A stretch of 64,000 nucleotides of DNA, taken from NCBI GenBank assembly GCA_963737065.1, contig CAVTRC010000001.1, forward strand, positions 1,312,001 to 1,376,000, in the 5' to 3' direction. This DNA comes from Candidatus Eremiobacteria bacterium (GTDB lineage Bacteria; Vulcanimicrobiota; Vulcanimicrobiia; Vulcanimicrobiales; Vulcanimicrobiaceae). A program made the translations under genes and the position numbers. Each line of letters begins with the position of its first letter. Within the stretch, counting starts at the first letter, position 1. Under the pieces are notes generated by a model. The model was not told the origin of the DNA. It ran no database searches and saw nothing but the letters and a program-made list of their open reading frames with translations. Positions 20,811 through 30,287 of the stretch are shown piece after piece.

Positions 20811-21656
20811 ATGGCTACAGGGTTTTTTACTGACACAACGCTGTGCATCGGGTGTAAGGCGTGCGAGGTTGCGTGTAAGCAGTGGAACGAGTTGCCGTCG
20901 GACGGATTCTCGTTCAGCGGCAATTCGTACGACAACACGCTCGAGCTTTCCGGAACGACGTGGCGGCACGTCGCGTTCGTCGAGCAAACGGTACCGACGG
21001 AAAACGGCATCGCGAATCGATGGTTGATGAGCAGCGACGTGTGCAAGCACTGCACGAACGCGGGATGTATGGAAGCATGCCCGACCGGTGCAATCATTCG
21101 CAACGAGTTCGACTCCGTTTTTATTCAGCCGGACGTGTGCAACGGCTGCGGATACTGCGTCGTCGCGTGTCCGTTCGGTGTCGTCGACTTGATCGAGCGG
21201 TTCGATCCGCAGGCAACTCGGTACAATCTCGCATCGTTAAACGAAGACCGCCTCGAGGAAGGGCGCACGGCGGTGCAAGGCCACGGCGGCGTTGCCGGCA
21301 AGTGCACGCTGTGCTACGACCGTCAAAAGCTCGGCTTCGTGCCCGCCTGCGCAAAAGCGTGCCCCACCGAGTCGATTCAGTACGGCGATATCGATGAGCT
21401 GCGCGAGCGTGCGCGTGCGCGCGTGGAGACGCTGGCCGAACGCGGCGTCCAGGCGCAACTCTACGGTGCCGACGACGTCGGCGGCGGTGTTGGCCCGCTC
21501 AATGCGTTCTTCTTGCTCACGGACCGGCCGGAAGCGTACAATCTTCCGGCGTTACCCGTGCTGCCCTCGACGCGACAACCGGCCGGATATACCGCTGCCG
21601 CGGTTACCGTGCTCGGCTTGGCGATTGCGGGATGGATGATCTTCCGTAATGCGTAG
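20811..21656 (+). CDS. fdnH: Formate dehydrogenase beta subunit (4x[4Fe-4S]) with a C-terminal TM anchor
   Basis: CIGCKACEVAC, CKHCTNAGCMEACP, CNGCGYCVVACP and CTLC...CAKACP motifs. Confidence 0.9.
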   Translation: MATGFFTDTTLCIGCKACEVACKQWNELPSDGFSFSGNSYDNTLELSGTTWRHVAFVEQTVPTENGIANRWLMSSDVCKHCTNAGCMEACPTGAIIRNEFDSVFIQPDVCNGCGYCVVACPFGVVDLIERFDPQATRYNLASLNEDRLEEGRTAVQGHGGVAGKCTLCYDRQKLGFVPACAKACPTESIQYGDIDELRERARARVETLAERGVQAQLYGADDVGGGVGPLNAFFLLTDRPEAYNLPALPVLPSTRQPAGYTAAAVTVLGLAIAGWMIFRNA

Positions 21657-22638
21657 CATTCCGAGCCCGGACGACGCGTTTCTCGGCGCGGCTTCGCGCA
21701 ATGGCGAGCAACGCGCGGCAATTCCAACGTATTATGACCGTCCGATGCTCAAGGCGCCGCATTGGGAGTGGAACGTCGTAACGTATCTGTTCCTCGGCGG
21801 CATCATGGGCGGGCTAGGTCTTATTCAACTGCTCGCGCGCCCGGAACGCGAACCGGACCGGAAACTCAAACGCACCGCGCGCTACACCTCATTCCTTCTC
21901 GCAGCCGCAAACCCGGCAATTCTGATCACGCACCTCGGCCGCCCGGAACGTTTTCTCAAGATGCTGCGTATCGTGAAGTTCAAATCACCGATGTCGCTCG
22001 GCACATGGGGACTCGTTTTATACTCGGGCGCTGCCGCAGCCAACATTGTTCGCGAGCTCGCCGTCGAAGGACGCGTACCGCGATGGCTGCGGTTTCTGAC
22101 TCCGCGCGTGATGACGCCGGCGCAGGCGCTGCTCGGCGCGTTTACTGCGGGCTACACCGGCGTGCTGCTCAGTTCGACGGCGAATCCGTTCTGGGGATCC
22201 GGAAAGCGCCACATTCCGGCGATGTCGGTCTGTTCGGGTGTCGCGTCGGCGTGCGCACTCTTAAACTTCTTAGGCGCGATCGAAGGGAATACCGAACCGT
22301 CGCAACGCCTCGAGCGTCTTGAAATCGTCGCCGGCGCCGCCGAGATATTCATCCTCAACGATTTCGAGCGCCGGCATCCGCAATACACGAAGCCGTTCTT
22401 CAAAGGCAAGCGCGGCGAGAGACTTCGCGCCTACACGATGCTTGCGGGAACACTTGCGCCGATCGCGTTGAATGTGCTCGGAATCATGACGAAATTTCCG
22501 AAGCCGCTTGAGGCGATGCGAGTCATCGGCGCATCGTTTCTGACGCTCGCCGGCGGATACGTGCTGCGCGAATCGCTCATTGAAGCGGGTAAAGACGCGG
22601 TGCGCGACCCACACGCCGCGTTCCGTCAGCCCACATGA
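21649..22638 (+). CDS. nrfD: NrfD/PsrC-family membrane anchor subunit
   Basis: YLFLGGI, HLGRPERF, SPMSLG and YTGVLL motifs. Confidence 0.85.
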   Translation: MRSIPSPDDAFLGAASRNGEQRAAIPTYYDRPMLKAPHWEWNVVTYLFLGGIMGGLGLIQLLARPEREPDRKLKRTARYTSFLLAAANPAILITHLGRPERFLKMLRIVKFKSPMSLGTWGLVLYSGAAAANIVRELAVEGRVPRWLRFLTPRVMTPAQALLGAFTAGYTGVLLSSTANPFWGSGKRHIPAMSVCSGVASACALLNFLGAIEGNTEPSQRLERLEIVAGAAEIFILNDFERRHPQYTKPFFKGKRGERLRAYTMLAGTLAPIALNVLGIMTKFPKPLEAMRVIGASFLTLAGGYVLRESLIEAGKDAVRDPHAAFRQPT

Positions 22639-23492
22639 ATGACGCGCCAAACGCCGTACGACCGGGACGCACGGTTGAGACTGCGATCGAACGTCTCGAC
22701 GCGCAAGAAACAAAGCCCGACTACGATCGGATCGTTACGGAGGAGCCGCTCGAACTGCGGTTGATCGCCGGCGGTGCGACGCAGAAGCTTGCCGTAACGA
22801 TGCGAACGCCCGGAAACGATTTTGAGCTGGCCGCCGGCTTCGCGCTCAGTGAAGGCATTATCCATTCGCGCAGCGAGCTCGCCGGCGTCAGGTACTGTAT
22901 CGATCCCGCAATCGACGCGGAGCAGCAGTATAACGTCGTAAGTATTGAACTTACCGCGCCGCAGCTTCCGGATGCGTCGCGCTTCGAGCGTCATTTTTTG
23001 ATGAACAGCTCGTGCGGCGTGTGCGGACGAGCAAATCTCGACGCGCTTCGTGACGCCGGCGTCGAACCGGTCTGTGACGATGCGCGGATCGTTCGCTCCA
23101 TTCTCTACGCGCTACCAGAACGTATGCGCCAAGCTCAGCGGGTGTTCACGACCACGGGCGGCGTACACGCGGCTGCGCTTTTTCGGACGGACGGGACGCT
23201 CGTGGCGGTTCGTGAAGACATCGGACGTCACAACGCCGTCGATAAATTGACCGGTTGGTCGTTGCTCGAGAACGGATTTCCTCTCCATGGAGCGGTGATG
23301 GCGGTTAGCGGCCGGGCCAGCTTCGAGATCGTGCAAAAAGCCGCCGTAGCGCGCGTCCCGATCGTGCTCGCGGTTTCCGCACCGAGCAGTCTGGCAGTCG
23401 ACGTTGCGCGCGCATTCAACATCACGCTCGTGGCGTTCATCCGCGGTACGCGCGCGAACATCTACAGTGCGCCGGAACGCATCATTCCTTAG
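22635..23492 (+). CDS. fdhD: Formate dehydrogenase accessory sulfurtransferase FdhD
   Basis: TMRTPG, SSCGVCG, TGGVHAA and REDIGRHNAVDK motifs. Confidence 0.95.
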   Translation: MNDAPNAVRPGRTVETAIERLDAQETKPDYDRIVTEEPLELRLIAGGATQKLAVTMRTPGNDFELAAGFALSEGIIHSRSELAGVRYCIDPAIDAEQQYNVVSIELTAPQLPDASRFERHFLMNSSCGVCGRANLDALRDAGVEPVCDDARIVRSILYALPERMRQAQRVFTTTGGVHAAALFRTDGTLVAVREDIGRHNAVDKLTGWSLLENGFPLHGAVMAVSGRASFEIVQKAAVARVPIVLAVSAPSSLAVDVARAFNITLVAFIRGTRANIYSAPERIIP

Positions 23493-25362
23493 CGAGTAGA
23501 CGCTCGAGCCCCGCCGTGACGTCGCCGATCAGCACCGGACGCGCGAACGTCAACGCCGGAGCGAGACGCGCGGCATATTTTTCTCCGCCGATCGCAACGA
23601 TCGGAATGCCGCGCTCGCTGCTGAACGCGCGGAATTGCACGGCATCGGTCCCGCTCAAGCGGTCGGGAGCGGCGAGGATCAGCGCATCGACCGTTTGCGC
23701 GTCGACAATGGCCAGCACATCGTCCAATGCGGGCGCGCTCAGAATTCGATAGCCCGCTTCTTGCAATCCGTATCCCAGAAACAAATGCTCGTTTTGCGGA
23801 TCGACGACGACGATGGTGCGCGGCGCGGCGCGGCGGTCGACACGCCGCGGCAACGTCACGATAAAACGGGAGCCTGTGCCCTCCTCGCTTTCCACGGCGA
23901 TCGTGCCGCCATGGAGCTGCACGAGCTGTTTGGTCATGAACAGACCGAACCCGGTTCCCGAGATACGCAGGCGGCGCGCGTTCGACGCGCGCGAGAAACG
24001 GTCGAACACGCGCGAGACTTCACCCGCGGGAATGCCGATACCGCGATCGCTGACGGTGACGACGACGTGCTGCGGGCGTCCCTCGATGCGGACGCACGGC
24101 TCCGATCCGTCGGGCGAATACTTGATCGCGTTGTCGATGAGGTTCATGAAGACCTGACGCAACCGCTCGTCATCGCCGGACACGCACGTATCGCCGTTCA
24201 CGTCCAACGCGACCGCACGACGGCCGGCAACTTGCGCGACGATGGAAGCAATCAGGATTTCCACATCGACGTCGCCGACGTGCAGCGTCACTTCGTTGCG
24301 CTCCAAACGAGAGAGCGTCAACGTATCCGTCGCGAGTTCTGAGAGTTGCAATGCCGATCGCTTTATGTTGTCGAGGAACTCATGCTGTTCGTCGTTGACC
24401 TCGCCGAATTCGCACGTCAGTTCCGAGAAGCCGACGATCGACGTAAGCGGCCCGCGGAAGTCGTGCGCGAGCATCGCAATCAAATCGCTCTTCGTTTGGT
24501 TCAGTTCTAGAACGGCGCTCCGGCGCTCGTCCAGCTCCTGATAGAGCGAAACGTTGCGAGCGGCCACCGCCACATACTCCGCGATCAAGTCGAATACGAA
24601 GAGATCGGTATTGCGCAGCGACCGCGCGGAGCGAACGCGCAGTTCGAGCGCATAGCGGGCGTCACCAAATTGTCCCGCCGGTACGATGGCCCGCGTGTGC
24701 GCGTCGTCGACGACGCGCGTGCGCATCGACGTCGCGCGCTGAGCGAGCGCATCGTACGTGGCAGCCGACCAGTCCACCGCGCCCATCTCGTCAACCGGTA
24801 TCGTGAATCCATCCGGTCGCACCGCGAGCACCCTGCCCTCGGCGCCCACCAACTGCGAAACGACCTCGCGTACGCTGGTAACGAGGGCGCGTGCATCGAG
24901 CGCCGTGAACAAGCGCCGCGCGGCGCGTGTGAGCGCCAAGAGACGATCGTGCTCTTCGGCCAGCATCGACGTACGCGTCACTTCGTCGGTTATGTCGCGC
25001 TCGATCGAAATCCAATGCGTAACCGCGCCGCCGCCGTTGCGAATCGGATGCAACGTCACTTGATTCCAGTACGTCGTGCCGTCTTTGCGGTAACTGACGA
25101 CTTCCGATTGAACCGCGGTCCCGGCCGCAATCGAGGCCCGAAGAACGCGCATGCCTTCGTCGTCCGGCATCGACTGGCGGAACTCATCGACGGTTCGGCC
25201 CATGGCCTCTTCACGCGTGTATCCGCTCTGTTCGGCGAACGCTTCATTCATGTACGCGAGCCGCAGTTCGCCGGAGTCGTTTACTTCATAGAAGAGAATG
25301 ACGTCACCCGCGACGTTGATCGCGCCAAGCAACAGGTCGACGTCAAGTCCGGGTGCTTTCAT
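23482..25362 (-). CDS. Cytoplasmic sensor histidine kinase: PAS-PAC, GAF-like, HisKA, HATPase and degenerate receiver domains
   Basis: YRKDGTTYWN PAC, AHDFRGPL H-box, NLIDNAIKY N-box, DRGIG and GTGFGL; start placed at ATG 25362. Confidence 0.88.
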   Translation of the reverse strand: MKAPGLDVDLLLGAINVAGDVILFYEVNDSGELRLAYMNEAFAEQSGYTREEAMGRTVDEFRQSMPDDEGMRVLRASIAAGTAVQSEVVSYRKDGTTYWNQVTLHPIRNGGGAVTHWISIERDITDEVTRTSMLAEEHDRLLALTRAARRLFTALDARALVTSVREVVSQLVGAEGRVLAVRPDGFTIPVDEMGAVDWSAATYDALAQRATSMRTRVVDDAHTRAIVPAGQFGDARYALELRVRSARSLRNTDLFVFDLIAEYVAVAARNVSLYQELDERRSAVLELNQTKSDLIAMLAHDFRGPLTSIVGFSELTCEFGEVNDEQHEFLDNIKRSALQLSELATDTLTLSRLERNEVTLHVGDVDVEILIASIVAQVAGRRAVALDVNGDTCVSGDDERLRQVFMNLIDNAIKYSPDGSEPCVRIEGRPQHVVVTVSDRGIGIPAGEVSRVFDRFSRASNARRLRISGTGFGLFMTKQLVQLHGGTIAVESEEGTGSRFIVTLPRRVDRRAAPRTIVVVDPQNEHLFLGYGLQEAGYRILSAPALDDVLAIVDAQTVDALILAAPDRLSGTDAVQFRAFSSERGIPIVAIGGEKYAARLAPALTFARPVLIGDVTAGLERLLAKE

Positions 25363-25363
25363 C

Positions 25364-26164
25364 CTACCGCGCTGCCGCCACGCGGTCAAAAAAACGCGCG
25401 AGCATAGTATTGAAGTACGCGGGGTTGTCGGCGTTTGCAACGTGTCCCGCGTCGGGAATCGCCTCGAGTTCTGCGCCCGGAATCGACGACGCAATGACCT
25501 GTGAGAGAGCAAACGGAGCGATCGCGTCGCGCTCTCCGGCTGCGACGAGCACGGGAACGTCGATCGTTGGTAACACGTTCGTATAATCCCCCGTCCACGT
25601 CGCATCCGTCGCTGCAAGATATGATGGAACGGTTTTACACGACATCTGTTCGATCGTTTCGCGCATCCGGTCGGGCGGCAGGCCGAGCTTTGCTGCGCGC
25701 GACCGCGCAAACGCCGGCATTCCCTCCGCTTCCTTGACGGCCGCTTTCACGCTATCGGCATATGCGCGCGCGTTGGGATAGCTGGCGAAACTTCCCACGA
25801 TCACCATCGCTTCGATGCGCTTGGGCGCGCGCTTCCACAGTTCGAACGCGACGACGCCGCCCAAACTACATCCGACGATCGTGAACGACCCGACGCCCTG
25901 CGCGTCGGCTACGGCAAGGACATCGTTCGCATATCCCTCGCGCGTGATGAGCGCCGGCTCGGGCTCCGGCTTCGGAACGCCGTTGCCGCGCAGCTCGATG
26001 GCCATGCAACGCGCACGATCGCGCAACGCCGTCAGCTGATAGTCCCAAATCGCCGCCGTCGAGCCAACGCCATGAACGAATGCGAGCGCCGAACGAGGCG
26101 TACCGGAGAGCCGCGCCGCGGTAGCGGCGCCGTCGCGCGCGGTACAAAAGAACGTTTCGATCAC
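25364..26164 (-). CDS. Alpha/beta fold hydrolase
   Basis: FVHG oxyanion motif, GCSLGG nucleophile elbow, GERD and AGH. Confidence 0.88.
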   Translation of the reverse strand: MIETFFCTARDGAATAARLSGTPRSALAFVHGVGSTAAIWDYQLTALRDRARCMAIELRGNGVPKPEPEPALITREGYANDVLAVADAQGVGSFTIVGCSLGGVVAFELWKRAPKRIEAMVIVGSFASYPNARAYADSVKAAVKEAEGMPAFARSRAAKLGLPPDRMRETIEQMSCKTVPSYLAATDATWTGDYTNVLPTIDVPVLVAAGERDAIAPFALSQVIASSIPGAELEAIPDAGHVANADNPAYFNTMLARFFDRVAAAR

Positions 26165-27888
26165 GCGCCGTTCCTCTTGCGACCAACGAAGCCGAGCACG
26201 TCTTCTAACGCACGTGCGTTCAGCACGTCGTCTTTCGTGAGGCCTGCGCGGCGCGCCTGGCCCACGGCAAGATCGACGTTACTGAGGTCTTCGACGCCGT
26301 GCGCATCGGAATCGACCGTAAAGGTCACACCGAACGTCTTCGCGCGACGAACCAACTGCGCCGGAAGATCGAGCCTCAGCGCCTGACCGTCGATCTCCAA
26401 CGCGGTTCCGGTTCGTGCCGCGGCGGCGAAAACGGCATCGTAGTCGAAATCGTACCCGGCAAAGCCGTCCAGCCTCCGGCCCGTGGGATGACCGATGATC
26501 GTCACGTAGCGATTTTCGCACGCGCGGATCAGACGCCGCGTCATTGCGTCACGTCCGACGTTCATTCCTGAATGGATGCTCGCAATGACGATATCCAACG
26601 CGGCCAGAACCTCGTCGCTGTAGTCGAGCGTTCCATCCGGCAGCAGATCCACTTCACTGGCGCACAGCGTTCGGATGCCGTAGCGCGAACCGATTGCCGC
26701 CGCCTCGTGACGCTGCTTGTCGAGATCAACGGGGTCGAGACCGTATTTCGGACCGCGTCCCCACGAATGGTCGCTGATCGCGTGATACTCGTAGCCGCGC
26801 GCTTTCGCCGCGGCGATCATCTCTTCAAGCGAGTTACGGCCGTCGCTCCACGTGCAGTGCATGTGGAAATCGCCGCGCACATCGGGGTAATCGATCAACG
26901 CGGGAAGCCGATCGGTGAGCGCAAGATCGACTTCATCGAGTCCGCTGCGCAGTTCAGGGGGAATGAATCGCATGCCGAGCGCTTCATACACGCCTCGTTC
27001 TTCCGAGCACGTAATCACGTCACCGGTTTCAAGGTTCAAGATTCCGTTTTCGCTGACGCGCAAGTTTTTGCGGACGGCGTATTCACGCACCTTGATGTTG
27101 TGTTCGCGCGAGCCCGTGAAATGCTGCAGCAAATTCCCGTAGAGATGATCGGGCAGCACGCGCAAATCGATTTGTAAGCCGTTCTGCAGCCAAATGCTTG
27201 TTTTCGTCGGGCCTTCCGCGAGAACAGCTTCCGCGCGATCCCACGTCGCGAAATAAGACGTAACCGCAGCCGCATCGGCACACGTGCAAACAAGATCGAT
27301 ATCGCCGACGGTTACCTCTTGCCGTCGCATCGATCCCGCATACGTCAAACGATCGTGCGGCGGCCCGTCGCGTAGAAATTCCATCGCTTCGCGAGCGACG
27401 GCGCGCGCGCGCGCAAGAGGCGTTCGTTTTTGCCGACCTTTGTACGCCAGAATGCCGCGCCGCCAGTTGTCGATCGTCTTCTCGCCTAAGCGTGGGACGC
27501 CGGCTAAACTGCCGTGCGCGATCGCAACTTCGAGATCCGCAAGGGATGCGATTTTGTACTCGCGCCACAGCATCGCGGCCGTCTTTGCGCCGATGCCGCT
27601 GACGCCGAGCACTTCAACGATCGTCGGCGGAAAGGTCACGTACAACTCGTCCAACGCGTCGCATGTTCCGCGCTCATGCAACTGTTCGATGACGACGCCG
27701 ATCGACTTACCGATGCCGGGCAGCTTCGTGAGCTCGCCTCCGGCAATCACGTCGCGCAGCGGTGGAGCGTTTTCAACCGATGCCGCGGCCTTTTCGAAGG
27801 CGGTGTATTTGTAGAACGTCTCGCCCGCCATCTCCATCAGCGTGCGGATCTCGAGCAGTTTTTTCGCGATCTCGGCGTTCGAAAGCAT
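26161..27888 (-). CDS. polX: DNA polymerase X / PHP-domain exonuclease
   Basis: HhH repeats, AGSMRR, GDID, IDLR, HFTGS; PHP motifs HMH, SDH, GHPTGR and DSDAH. Confidence 0.93.
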   Translation of the reverse strand: MLSNAEIAKKLLEIRTLMEMAGETFYKYTAFEKAAASVENAPPLRDVIAGGELTKLPGIGKSIGVVIEQLHERGTCDALDELYVTFPPTIVEVLGVSGIGAKTAAMLWREYKIASLADLEVAIAHGSLAGVPRLGEKTIDNWRRGILAYKGRQKRTPLARARAVAREAMEFLRDGPPHDRLTYAGSMRRQEVTVGDIDLVCTCADAAAVTSYFATWDRAEAVLAEGPTKTSIWLQNGLQIDLRVLPDHLYGNLLQHFTGSREHNIKVREYAVRKNLRVSENGILNLETGDVITCSEERGVYEALGMRFIPPELRSGLDEVDLALTDRLPALIDYPDVRGDFHMHCTWSDGRNSLEEMIAAAKARGYEYHAISDHSWGRGPKYGLDPVDLDKQRHEAAAIGSRYGIRTLCASEVDLLPDGTLDYSDEVLAALDIVIASIHSGMNVGRDAMTRRLIRACENRYVTIIGHPTGRRLDGFAGYDFDYDAVFAAAARTGTALEIDGQALRLDLPAQLVRRAKTFGVTFTVDSDAHGVEDLSNVDLAVGQARRAGLTKDDVLNARALEDVLGFVGRKRNGA

Positions 27889-27929
27889 GGGGCGATGCAT
27901 CTTCGGCGTCCGCGGCGAAAACGCCCGCG

Positions 27930-29033
27930 ATGGCGAGAAAGCGGCTCGAGCCGGCGATCTTTAACCTGCCGGTCGACAAGATGCGCGCCGGGTATTACTC
28001 GGATACCTATTTCAACCGCGCGCGCGACATTCTCACACGCGACGGCTACGATCCGCTCGTGCGCATGCAGGTCTTCCAACGCAACGACGCCGTCGTGGGC
28101 GGAATTGATGAAGCGGTCGCGATCCTGAAGCTCTGCAGCGGGCGCATGCGAGACGACGGCACATGGGAACCCGGATGGGAACGGCTGCGCGTTCGCGCGC
28201 TCTACGACGGCGATCACATCGAACCGTACGAGACGGCGCTTACGGTTGAAGGTGATTACACGCTTTTCGCACACCTCGAAACGCCCTATCTCGGGGTGCT
28301 TTCGCGCCGGACGCGTATCGCAACCAATGCACGCGACATCGTATCGGCCGCGCAAGGAAAGACCGTACTGTTTTTTCCGGCGCGCTTCGATCACCATTTG
28401 GTGCAGACCGGCGACGGATACGCCGCGTACGTCTCCGGCGCACTCGGTGTTTCGACGGACGCAAATGCCGAATGGTGGGGCGCGCGAGGGATGGGAACGG
28501 TTCCGCACGCACTGATCGCGGCATACGGCGGCGACACGGTGCTTGCGACGAGGAAATTCGCGGAATATTCGGATCCGAGCGTGAGCGTCATCGCGCTCGT
28601 CGATTTCGAGAACGATTGCGTTCGTACGAGCCTCGACGTCGCGCGCGCCCTCGGACGGCGCTTATGGGGCGTGCGTCTCGATACGTCGGGTACGCTCGTC
28701 GACCGTTCGATCTGGAATCAGATGGGAACGTTTACGCCGACGGGCGTGAATCGCCAGCTGGTCTGGAACGTACGGCGCGCGCTCGATGCCGATGGGTTCG
28801 ACTTCGTGCGCATCGTGGTGAGCGGCGGTTTCACGGCCGCACGGATCTCCGCGTTTGAACGAGCCGGCGTTCCGGTCGATGCATACGCCGTCGGCAGCGC
28901 GTTCTTTGACGGCGCCGGCCGCTTCGATTACACCGCGGATATCGTTGCGCTGCAACGCGGCGGCGTGTGGACCGAGTGTCACAAAGTGGGTCGTCCCGAA
29001 CGCCCGAATGCTCGCCTCGAGGACGTTCACTGA
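27930..29033 (+). CDS. pncB: Nicotinate (type II) phosphoribosyltransferase family protein
   Basis: YSDTYF, GTVPHALIA, GVRLDTSG, IVVSGGF and YTADIV motifs. Confidence 0.75.
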   Translation: MARKRLEPAIFNLPVDKMRAGYYSDTYFNRARDILTRDGYDPLVRMQVFQRNDAVVGGIDEAVAILKLCSGRMRDDGTWEPGWERLRVRALYDGDHIEPYETALTVEGDYTLFAHLETPYLGVLSRRTRIATNARDIVSAAQGKTVLFFPARFDHHLVQTGDGYAAYVSGALGVSTDANAEWWGARGMGTVPHALIAAYGGDTVLATRKFAEYSDPSVSVIALVDFENDCVRTSLDVARALGRRLWGVRLDTSGTLVDRSIWNQMGTFTPTGVNRQLVWNVRRALDADGFDFVRIVVSGGFTAARISAFERAGVPVDAYAVGSAFFDGAGRFDYTADIVALQRGGVWTECHKVGRPERPNARLEDVH

Positions 29034-29034
29034 G

Positions 29035-29601
29035 ATGCACGTCTTGCGAATGCGGGATGCAGTCTACGCGCCGCGCGGCGAAACGATCGTCACACCGGCA
29101 ACGTTCGACGTGGCGCCGGGCGAACGCGTTGCTCGCGTCTGCGCGACAGCGGACGAAGCGCAGACGCTTGCGATGATGGGTGCGGCGCTCGTCAAACCAA
29201 CGAACGGTATCGTGCTGATCGGTGAATACGATCCGCGCGTGCAACCGGTGCACTGCAAACGCATCGCGGCGTTCGTGCCGCACGATCCCTTACCGTTGAC
29301 CGAGCTGAGTGTGGAACACTTCATCGACCATCGCGCAGCATTATGGGATATCGAGCCCGAACGCGCGCGCGCGCATGCCGATGTGTTGCTCGATCGCCTT
29401 GCGGGGTTGCACGAGGCCTTCGCGTATCCCATTGTCGCAGCGTTGCTCGGGTGTCCGTCGCTGCTCGTCCTCGATCGTCCGCAACCGGTTTATGCGAAGA
29501 TCATTCTCGCTGCGGCCGGACCGTGCGCCATCTTCTCTACGCACGTCGATGCGTCGGCCGCGGTCGAATTCAGCATGGTGCGTGAAGAGGTCAACGCGTG
29601 A
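29035..29601 (+). CDS. Degenerate ABC-ATPase-like protein
   Basis: ABC-like segments (FDVAPGE, KPTNGIVLIG, AFVP, LLVLDRP, FSTH) but no Walker A motif. Confidence 0.55.
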   Translation: MHVLRMRDAVYAPRGETIVTPATFDVAPGERVARVCATADEAQTLAMMGAALVKPTNGIVLIGEYDPRVQPVHCKRIAAFVPHDPLPLTELSVEHFIDHRAALWDIEPERARAHADVLLDRLAGLHEAFAYPIVAALLGCPSLLVLDRPQPVYAKIILAAAGPCAIFSTHVDASAAVEFSMVREEVNA

Positions 29602-30263
29602 CCCACCGCGCGCTAACGGCGATCGTTGCATCGCGTCTGCGCGGCGAGCGGCGGACGACCGCGTTTGCGTGCGTCACAGCCGCGATCGTCGGATTCATTC
29701 AACCGCACGGCGTTTCACCGATCGCCGACCCGCTGACGGCCGATGTCGCGACGCGAAGCGTTTGGCTCGCGGGCCCGGTTTTCTTTTGCTCTGCAATCGG
29801 CATTGCGCTCGCGCTCGCGCAGGGGCCGGGACGGCATCCCTATCTCGATATCGGTGAACGCAGTGCGCCGCTCTTTGGCCGCGAACTGGCGCGCGCAAAG
29901 GCGATTGCACCCGCGCTCACCGCTACGCTCGCCGCGCTGTTCTATTGGTTCGCGCAATTCTTGAGCGGCTTCGCCGCGCCGCCGGCCTTCTTTATTCTGG
30001 CGGTTGCATCGGTTCTCTCGTCCACGCTCGTCGCGCTCAACGCAACGCTGCGGTCCGGTGCGCGCAGGCTGCTCTACGTCTTGCTTGCGTTTGCAACGAG
30101 CGCGATCGCGTACGCGCTCGCGGTCTATGCCGATTCCGTGACCGATCGAAGTGGTGACGGGGTCGGCGTCGCGACCGAACTGTTGTTTTGCGCCGCGGTC
30201 GGATTCATCGCGCTTCGCCAATACGGTGAAGCACTGGCGCGCAGCGACGCCGCCCCGTCCTAA
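29598..30263 (+). CDS. Multi-pass membrane protein, possible ABC-2-type permease partner
   Basis: About six hydrophobic helices; GTGA coupling to the upstream gene. Confidence 0.65.
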   Translation: MTHRALTAIVASRLRGERRTTAFACVTAAIVGFIQPHGVSPIADPLTADVATRSVWLAGPVFFCSAIGIALALAQGPGRHPYLDIGERSAPLFGRELARAKAIAPALTATLAALFYWFAQFLSGFAAPPAFFILAVASVLSSTLVALNATLRSGARRLLYVLLAFATSAIAYALAVYADSVTDRSGDGVGVATELLFCAAVGFIALRQYGEALARSDAAPS

Positions 30264-30287
30264 GCGCTCGCCCTCCGCGGTCGCGCG

